From contig NW_027271158.1 in NCBI RefSeq assembly GCF_040938485.1, forward strand, positions 1,054,001 to 1,118,000: 64,000 nt of DNA. The letters run 5' to 3'. Positions 59,401 through 64,000 of the stretch are shown piece by piece. The position numbers and the translations under genes are program-made. Each line of letters begins with the position of its first letter. Position 1 is the first letter of the stretch. The notes beneath the pieces were generated by a model that was not told the origin of the DNA, did not search any database, and saw nothing but the letters and a program-made list of their open reading frames with translations. The DNA comes from Diadema antillarum (Eukaryota).

Positions 59401-60386
59401 GCGAGACTACAAACTGTGGAAGCATCCACTGCCTATATCTATTCGTCTTGCTTTAGTTACTGTTTTCTTATTATCCACTATGAATTGGTGGCAGTTTTTC
59501 GTACACTCACATAGCACTCAGGACAGAAATTTGGCTTTATCAGGGACCTCAAAGAGAATGGGGCAGATGCCAACTACAGCCTCATTTCAATGCATGATGC
59601 ACATTATCACAAGATTAAAGTGGCCAGCCGTATATGCAGCATTAATTACTGACCATTTACTGCAGCAGATATATCACTTTGATCACCTTTTGTAGCCCTC
59701 TGGATTTCACATGTTTGATATCCCTGTTCAATCACATTTCGATTTTTGTTGTTTTTCAAGTAAAAGTTATGAGACCTCATAACTTCTACTTGAAAACAAC
59801 ATTGGTATGTTGGACAGTATACCATATACTCCGTATGTTTTACAGTTTTTAAAGTACTATTCGCGAATCTAAAAACCCATGGAAGTATGAGCTCTGAACT
59901 GGTCATAAATGCAATGTGCATGTGTACATTTCTCTGCTCTGATTACTGTACTCAACGTTTGCGAATTGAACCACTCACATAACTGTCACGAAGTAAAGAT
60001 TCGCGAAAAATTAGACTTACTAAATACATGCTGTATACATTATTGGGAAAGACAAGAATTTAGACAAATGAAGGCGATTACAGTGGTCAAGGTTGCAAGT
60101 AAGAATCGACTGTATCTTGCCATTTCTTCCACCTACCTGGTGAGTTCTTTGGTGGAAGCCATAACCAGGTTCCGTAGCTGGGTGGGGTGAGTGCACCCAC
60201 CCCTGACGACTTCCGCTGAGTCTTCCCGCACTCCCTTGGCCACGTACTCCTTGAGGCGTCCCACGAAGTCGCCCGCCTCAAGTGGGGCGAGGTCCATGGC
60301 ATCCAGACGTGCCTGGAGGAGGTGTTCGGGGCCATCGGGAGATGGAGTCAGATCCACACCCGAATACTTTTCTTCGTCCTCATCCT
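18258..60386 (-). CDS. INPPL1: SH2-containing inositol polyphosphate 5-phosphatase (SHIP2-like, single invertebrate SHIP); 23 coding exons, 5'-partial (SH2 exons outside window)
   Basis: Motifs SLFIGTWNMG, HDLYVIGTQE, VKTGIANALGNKGAVGVSF, FVNCHLTSG, FWLGDLNYR, FPPTYRY, PSWCDRVLW, SDHSPVFATF and a C-terminal SAM domain. Exon lengths sum to 3623 nt = 2 + 1207 codons, with matching phases at all 22 introns. Confidence 0.95.
21434..22356 (-). CDS. INPPL1: SHIP large exon, proline-rich tail
   Basis: Within 348-aa ORF 21404..22450; acceptor tttctctttttactgatccag|, donor GAA|gtgcgt in phase 0; multiple PPPLP motifs. Confidence 0.85.
22757..22849 (-). CDS. INPPL1: SHIP exon (LVQFEDKTDS...HAKTK)
   Basis: ttgacag| and AAG|gtgagg, phase 1 to 1. 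Confidence 0.85.
23558..23625 (-). CDS. INPPL1: SHIP exon (GMVHVKARDESLYGGFRKIKTY)
   Basis: cctgcag| and G|gtaaga, phase 2 to 1. Confidence 0.88.
24282..24378 (-). CDS. INPPL1: SHIP exon, C2 domain (EFVVSLR...LTHQGQRTGKV)
   Basis: ttctccag| and |gtgagt, phase 1 to 2. Confidence 0.92.
25055..25142 (-). CDS. INPPL1: SHIP exon, C2 domain (LSPIVSDVEYLEEQ...DESYG)
   Basis: Matches SHIP2 LKPILADIEYLQDQ...YESYG; G|gtgagc. Confidence 0.93.
25836..25930 (-). CDS. INPPL1: SHIP exon, C2 domain (KSVRSGHN...PSWSKEQLPK)
   Basis: ttacag| and AAG|gtgaga. Confidence 0.9.
25944..26520. repeat. Composite repeat: 49-bp-arm palindrome, duplicated gtagggcaatttgtcaatcag modules and a tRNA-like cassette
   Basis: Module recurs at about 26020, 26177 and 26457, and inverted at 20323-20370 and about 35460. 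Confidence 0.75.
26302..26380 (+). pseudogene. tRNA-derived pseudogene / SINE head
   Basis: A box TGGTCTAGTGG, B box GGTTCAAATC, partial acceptor and T stems, non-canonical anticodon arm; A-run at about 26417-26428. Confidence 0.6.
27003..27116 (-). CDS. INPPL1: SHIP exon, C2 domain (...SKFYLEFFSTCLE)
   Basis: Matches SHIP2 TKFFIEFYSTCLE; G|gtaagc donor; tandem gagcag acceptor. Confidence 0.9.
27195..27284. mobile_element. 90-bp hAT-like mini-MITE
   Basis: CAGGGGTGGATCCAGG / CCTGGATCCGCCACTG; no TSD recognised. Confidence 0.6.
28119..28208 (-). CDS. INPPL1: SHIP exon (CTTDIVTSDHSPVFATFDVG...); 3' end may extend to 28020
   Basis: SDHSPV motif; ttgcag| acceptor; donor ambiguous (see findings). 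Confidence 0.9.
28375..28986. mobile_element. Kolobok family A-related MITE with internal (GT)n and an internal ~100-bp duplication
   Basis: IR atgaaacccaaata / tatttgggtttcat; body shares gtagtctcttcatccagcgg and aaaattcataactttgaacgg motifs with family A. Confidence 0.7.
28471..28523. repeat. (GT)n microsatellite
   Basis: Direct inspection. Confidence 0.95.
29485..29566 (-). CDS. INPPL1: SHIP exon, 5-phosphatase (VRINQPSWCDRVLWKSYPETH)
   Basis: Catalytic motif PSWCDR; ccag| and G|gtaaga. Confidence 0.96.
29820..30260. mobile_element. Family C copy (ends degraded)
   Basis: Co-linear with 53848-54333, including a 48-bp identical block. Confidence 0.65.
30415..30503 (-). CDS. INPPL1: SHIP exon, 5-phosphatase (EDEITFPPTYRYE...KTG)
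   Basis: tttgcag| and |gtaagt. Confidence 0.95.
31080..31272. mobile_element. Family E MITE
   Basis: Same TIR and body as 7501-7707. Confidence 0.8.
31321..31531. mobile_element. Related TACTGT MITE
   Basis: tactgtaaaa...tttttacagca with repeated ttttcgcg motifs. Confidence 0.65.
31596..31695 (-). CDS. INPPL1: SHIP exon, 5-phosphatase (EILQNIK...DQLKIEK...VAF)
   Basis: tctag| and G|gtatga. Confidence 0.93.
32050..32215. mobile_element. Truncated family A fragment
   Basis: gatattagtagaacacatca...aaagttatgaat...ctggataaggagactactaca matches the family A left part. Confidence 0.6.
32452..32590 (-). CDS. INPPL1: SHIP exon, 5-phosphatase (RNNNFHDIL...FWLGDLNYRID)
   Basis: Catalytic motif GDLNYR; catag| and CAG|gtgagc. 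Confidence 0.96.
33069..33678. mobile_element. PIF/Harbinger-like MITE (610 bp) with long fold-back arms
   Basis: TIR GGGTGGTATTCTGAAA / TTTCAGAATACCACCC, 3-bp TSD TAG, many CCTAAG/CTTAGG subrepeats. Confidence 0.85.
34035..34131 (-). CDS. INPPL1: SHIP exon, 5-phosphatase (NKGAVGVSFYFNGTSFCFVNCHLTSG)
   Basis: Not in ORF track; tacag| and CAG|gttagt, phase 1 to 2. Confidence 0.95.
34801..34918 (-). CDS. INPPL1: SHIP exon, 5-phosphatase (SLWGIRLAVLVKP...VKTGIANALG)
   Basis: cctag| and G|gtgggt. Confidence 0.95.
35777..35985 (-). CDS. INPPL1: SHIP exon, 5-phosphatase (DAPPPNSITSW...HDLYVIGTQE...)
   Basis: gacag| and |gtacgt, phase 1 to 0. Confidence 0.95.
36716..36818 (-). CDS. INPPL1: SHIP exon (KRETFCQMLQYMK...SLFIGTWNMG)
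   Basis: Start of 5-phosphatase domain; ccatag| and G|gtgagt. Confidence 0.95.
37202..38399. mobile_element. HINE / Pearl(CvA)-like element with internal tandem array, right end truncated
   Basis: Starts AAACAAGA-GACCCGCGGGTC (hairpin)-GCTCACCTGAG. Three ~320-360-bp units (aacaaacttg.aact at 37376, 37736, 38057), then gaagaagatgaaaatgtaaaaagttta + (GACGCAC)n + gcgatcgcaatagct. Confidence 0.8.
38893..38987 (-). CDS. INPPL1: SHIP exon, PH-like domain (AQLIKSRTSNTKLAI...YAFEDAK)
   Basis: catag| and AAG|gtgaga, phase 1 to 0. Confidence 0.92.
39766..40148. mobile_element. Kolobok-like MITE, family B
   Basis: TTAA flanks, imperfect TIR, body similar to 9150-9532. Confidence 0.85.
41379..41517 (-). 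CDS. INPPL1: SHIP exon, PH-like domain (VKVLNV...KLTVDMATGQLVV...THDK)
   Basis: ttacag| and |gtgagt, phase 0 to 1. Confidence 0.9.
42445..42684 (-). CDS. INPPL1: SHIP exon with acidic insert (VKATL...ILPTPFE)
   Basis: 240 nt, ccccag| and GAG|gtgagg; ends like SHIP2 IPVQAFE. Confidence 0.88.
42729..42813. mobile_element. 85-bp piggyBac-like MITE, inverted copy of 49796-49880
   Basis: TTAA left, TCAA right; same palindrome. Confidence 0.78.
43287..45359 (-). mobile_element. Non-autonomous Helentron/Helitron2 (HINE/DINE-1-like), about 2.07 kb
   Basis: Left end: stem-loop ACTCGTC-8nt-GACGAGT plus subTIR TAGGTGATACGCT (43312-43324). Right end: palindrome TAGGTGATACGCT-gat-AGCGTATCACCTA (45326-45354). 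Inserted in an A/T run without TSD. Confidence 0.85.
43972..44045 (-). pseudogene. tRNA-Leu/Ser-like degenerate cassette inside the Helentron
   Basis: Minus strand ATGGCCGAGTGGTTAAAGGCG...GCGGGTTCGAACCCCAC; stems mismatched; oligo-T immediately downstream. Confidence 0.65.
45574..45692. mobile_element. Small Harbinger-like MITE
   Basis: GGGCCCCGTTTTAT / ATAAAACAGGGCCC termini. Confidence 0.6.
46556..46636 (-). CDS. INPPL1: SHIP exon (PEYESSPENLYKRFAECEKQVKSLESK)
   Basis: 81 nt, phase 0 to 0, ctag| and AAG|gttagt. Confidence 0.8.
47415..47508 (-). CDS. INPPL1: SHIP exon (QLRIFQLQLDAMQCLFDVQ...QEV)
   Basis: ctccag| and |gtaaga; phase 2 to 0; resembles SHIP2 EVDKVLSGLEILSKVFDQQ. Confidence 0.85.
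49796..49880. mobile_element. 85-bp piggyBac-like MITE
   Basis: TTAA|CCCGTTGAGGAC...GTCCTCAATGGG|TTAA; internal palindrome CCCGAGTATACTCGGG. Confidence 0.8.
53848..54333. mobile_element. Kolobok-like MITE, family C
   Basis: TTAA flanks, degenerate TIR (ggagacctgtggatg / catctggaatgcccct); second copy at about 29820-30260. Confidence 0.65.
54436..54826. mobile_element. Kolobok-like MITE, family B
   Basis: TTAA|AGGGATCGTATAGTTTTGGTTGAG...CATCCCT|TTAA. Confidence 0.85.
54925..55138. mobile_element. Family E MITE, inverted relative to 7501
   Basis: Same TIR; body is the reverse complement of 7501-7707. Confidence 0.8.
55356..55926. mobile_element. Kolobok-like MITE, family A
   Basis: TTAA|AGGACAAGTTCACCTTCATAAACATA...TATGTTTATGAAGGTGAACTTGTCCT|TTAA; co-linear with 8587-9145. 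Confidence 0.88.
56456..56890. mobile_element. Degenerate MITE with TTCAGAC subrepeats
   Basis: IR tgttcagacgcaa / ttgcgtctgaaca. Confidence 0.45.
57943..58199. mobile_element. hAT-like MITE with GTGGCC subrepeats
   Basis: CAGTGCTCTACATT / AATGTCGAACCCTG termini; about 8 tggcc/ggcca motifs. Confidence 0.55.
60137..60386 (-). CDS. INPPL1: SHIP exon: post-SH2 linker (EDEDEEKYSG...STKELTR)
   Basis: cctacag| acceptor, CAG|gtaggt donor, phase 1 to 2. Confidence 0.85.
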
Positions 60387-60416
60387 CTGTAGGTGAGATT
60401 GGTAGAAAGATTGGGG

Positions 60417-60863
60417 TGGTTTTCGTTATTCTAAGGCCTTGTTAATCCTACAGTTCATTTAATCTGAAAATGAAATACGGCTCATTATTCCAAAGGGTCG
60501 TTATTAGGTGTTAGTTATTCCAATCAAACAAATTTTGTATATCTAGAGGTTCGTTACTCCGTAAATAAGAAAGGGTTCATTAATCCGAACATTTGTGCCG
60601 TTATTTTGAAGGCTCATTATTGTGATGGTTCACAATGCCAAAAATGAAATGAGGTTTGTTATTCCAAAAGTTTATAGTTAATCCAAAAATGAAATATGGT
60701 TCATACAAAAATGTAAAGATGAAGCATACATGTACTAATGAACCTCCAGAATCACAAACCGTATTTCATTTTCGGATTAACAAACCTTCGGAATAACAAA
60801 CCTGTTTTCATTTTTGGATTATCGAACCTTGGGAATAATGAATCTTCAGAATAACAAACTGCA
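60417..60863. repeat. Foldback-like element built of ~15-20-bp modules (gttattccgaaggttc-like), second half inverted
   Basis: gaaaatgaaatacgg (60467) vs ccgtatttcattttc (60759); repeated ttattcc / ggaataa. Confidence 0.65.
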
Positions 60864-61511
60864 ACAAAAAGATTGGTAGGAGTACAGTGGGAAATAAAGG
60901 GAACCTTGCTTATGATGAGCTGCTTGGTAATACTGACATTTCTTCATTATGTCAGGTATCTCATTACCATCATCAGATATAAAGACAATAGAACATCAAA
61001 GAAATGGTCTACAAAATGATTTCCTCATGTCAGGAATCTCACTATATCCCCCTTAATATTTTAACAAGATTCTACTGTAACACACACAAAGTAGGCACAA
61101 ATGTGTAGCATTTCAGCAGATCTTCACTTCATCATATCAGGCAAAGTAGGCACAGGGGTAGAAGGACAAGGGTGGATATCAGAACTGAGAAATCATTTCA
61201 CAACTCTACAGGAATTTCAGAACCTTTCCTGATCGTTTCTGGAACAGCAGTGTATGATTGGTTGAAAGGCAAAGGGCATACATTAAATGAAATGACTTCA
61301 CCTAATTTGACTTCACAATATTGCAGAAACCTTTCCATATCAAATCAGGAAGTGTTCTGCCAAAATTTTACAAGTACAAGAAAGCAGAATAAGGGATAAT
61401 GTAACAAAATGTTAAAGAGACATGACAAAGTTCTTTGAAGGTCTTGCAATTATACCTCATAAGGGCTGAATCTTGTGGAATGCCCTACAGTGTATACCTT
61501 TAAAAAGCTTT

Positions 61512-61590
61512 CTACAGCTCAGTCAGTAGAGCACTGGCCTACAATGTAGCAATCCACAGGTCTTGGGTTCCAATCCCGATGGAATCCCAT
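61512..61590 (+). pseudogene. Degenerate tRNA-like / SINE fragment
   Basis: AGCTCAGTCAGTAGAGC (A box-like) and GGGTTCCAATCCC (B box-like); no valid cloverleaf. Confidence 0.45.
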
Positions 61591-61745
61591 TTTCTTTGCT
61601 CAATTTATCACTAATAAATTACATTAATTTCTGGTCAGTTTCCCTTTGTTTGCATTTATACAGAATTGGTGGCATTTATTTACTTGTGCCTGCACACTAA
61701 ATTCCAAGTATTTCATTGTGGTCACATTGCTATATTACAATACAT

Positions 61746-61971
61746 TACTGTATACGCTGTTATTTTCGCGAGGGTTTAATTTTCGCGAATTTGGCAAATC
61801 ACGGCTGGACCGCCAATTTATACAACACGCCAAAATGTCACCGTACACTAGGCTAATGGTGGCCTTACGATAGCCTCGGTGTCACATCGCGAAAACAACA
61901 TCCCGCGAAAATGTCCGTGACCTCCTCATTCACGAAAATATCTGTCCGCGAAAATAACAGCTTATACAGTA
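61746..61971. mobile_element. Family F MITE, inverted relative to 17962
   Basis: Shares gaatgaggaggtcacggac core in reverse orientation; same TIR. Confidence 0.8.
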
Positions 61972-64000
61972 CATCATTCATATTCTGCAGTCATGTATGT
62001 ATTAATTACACGGATATCAAACAGATCTAACTCACTCATAAAAAAAAAAGAAGTCTGTTCAGGATACAGTACAAGAGCTGGCATCTGAATAAAAGCCATC
62101 CTATGACATTGTGACTCATATCACTTGATTACATCAAAGATTGAGGCATTATCAAGCACACAAACACAGAAAAGTAAGAAGAGACATAAGTTATCATAAC
62201 ACTACATATCCTCGTACAGCACGTACAACTAACAATGACACGAAAGAACAAAAAAAAAAAAAAAACTTCAAACGAGGGCTTCAAAACATTCCGCCCGATC
62301 TTCCACTTATAATTTGACATCCTCCCAGCGAGATTCAATATGACAAACTTCCCCCTCGCGTTATCTTCCTTCAATCTTCGCAGTCGGCGGATGAACTTCC
62401 ACTGTCTCCAGACTCCAAAAATAGAACGCGGCTCTACGTGGCTTAGTCTCTCACCCAGACCCTCTTCCCTGTCCAAGCCACTTGTCTGGCCGGACACAGC
62501 CTTTCGAAATCCACAACAGCTTTTGACAAGTTACACACTTTGACATCTTTGCAAAGAAACTCAAGAGGATTCTTGTATGAGAAAGATCTGTATTCATCAG
62601 TAGCTGAAACTCAGTAAGCATTGAAAATCTAGATTATCTTAGTCTGATTTATGGGGCAATAAATGAAGATTTCTATTAACTCTTTCATGACACAATTTCT
62701 AAAATGATCTATAGATAAATTTTTGACACTTGCATGCTTCCACATCTTTGCAAAAGAAAAAAAAACACCCCAAAAAATGACTTCATGTGAAATCCAGAGG
62801 GTTATCTTTTATCACAAGAAAGCAGAATTTTTCTTCACTTTTCTTCAACGATTGCAAAAGATGACTCCTCGTTTATAAAGCACTACAATAAAACAGGTCA
62901 ATGTGTTATTCAGGCAAGCTATTAAGAAAAGTTTGAAGTCAAGTATTAATCATTTCCTACATCAGACTTTCAACTTGCATGATCTTGTCAAACTCCCGTA
63001 AGGCTTCCCAAGATCAAAGTTAAAGACTTGCAGCCTGATAACAAGAGGATCTTAAAACTATAGTTGTTGTCATTGTTTTTTCACGAACTAAATACTTGTC
63101 ATTGATACTTTAATTTGTGATACGCAGCATGTTCAGCGAGGACTTTGTGAAAATCTTGAAAAATTTATCCTGTGATCTAGCAAATTATGTGGAACCAGTT
63201 TGCACGCCATTCTCAACGAGGAAAGAGTCCAGTTCTATGTTCAAGTAGATTCTCTGGTCACAGGTCTGCAAGCTGAATTCTAGAAATCAGTCGGCTTCGG
63301 AAGATTTGAATGAAGAGGGGAAGTGTTTTGGGGCCAGGGATGAACACGCCTCACTCACAGACCTACCACCCATTGCTTTGATATTTCTACAATGAACAGA
63401 ACAAGCCACAGGCTTTTATAGTTTGTTTGTTTGCAGGGGAGAATCACTCATATTCAAGTTTGGCCTTGTGCTAATGGGTATAATGCAATTATTCCTGATT
63501 CTGCCGAACTTGAAGTGAAGTTTGCGATGGAATTATCTGTCAAAGTGTTCAGCAATCCTAACCACTTGTTATTAACATCCTCTAAAACTACCCAATGAGG
63601 TGAACTGTACTCTGATTTTGAAGAAAACAAAACGAAACACAAACTTTATGAACAGACAACAGGAAAACAAACACACAAAAAACATATGATCAGATGGTGC
63701 AGATTTGATGAGAAACATTCACATGTAAAAAAAACAAACAATTAAAAGTGATGAAGAAAACTCGCATGCCATGTCAAAGCAACCAGCAGATAAATCACAG
63801 CCAAAGAAAGCTGCACAAAGGCTCACTAGTTGACTGCAGCTCAAAACATCAAACCTAATCATGCCATAAACCAATCAAAACCAATCATTTGGTAATTTGT
63901 AGTCAATTATTTATTGGCAATAAATCACAATATCTTACTGGACTTGGACACAGTGCATGATAATTATTGCCGCTACCGTATATCATGGCTTTCAGAAACG

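Noticed and set aside
26302-61590. Functional tRNA genes at 26302, 43972 and 61512
   Set aside because: Acceptor/anticodon stems do not form canonical cloverleafs; kept only as tRNA-derived pseudogenes
60400-64000. SH2-domain exons of SHIP
   Set aside because: Looked for WYH/GSFLVRDSES/YRI/GLV-type motifs in minus-strand frames; none found. ORFs 62129..62497 and 63454..63642 are not SH2-like.

Overview
AT-rich, intron-rich eukaryotic genomic DNA; the repeat families and gene structures suggest a marine invertebrate deuterostome, probably an echinoderm (inference). Two protein-coding genes face each other tail-to-tail. (1) MED11 (Mediator subunit 11), + strand, complete, 3 coding exons 5993-9814, 111 aa. 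(2) A SHIP-family inositol polyphosphate 5-phosphatase (INPPL1/SHIP2-like), - strand, 23 coding exons traced by hand from 60386 to 18258. All splice phases are consistent and give about 1206 aa: helical linker, PH-like, 5-phosphatase, C2, Pro-rich tail, SAM. The N-terminal SH2 exons were not found and presumably lie beyond 64000. A CpG-rich bidirectional promoter (about 4.6-6.0 kb) appears to drive a divergent spliced transcript with no evident ORF. Introns are packed with non-autonomous DNA transposons: Kolobok-like TTAA MITEs, TA-flanked MITEs, piggyBac-, Harbinger- and hAT-like MITEs, and two Helentron/HINE elements, some nested. There are also degenerate tRNA-like cassettes. No CRISPR, rRNA, intact tRNA or transposase ORF was seen. 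Most ORFs in the supplied track are spurious. The best leads, all hypotheses needing RNA data: alternative SHIP isoforms (SH2-less, Pro-tail-less, SAM-less), a nested Helentron carrying a Pol III-like cassette and a CRE cluster, a 49-bp hairpin next to a 3' splice site, and an 18-bp repeat ORF behind MED11.
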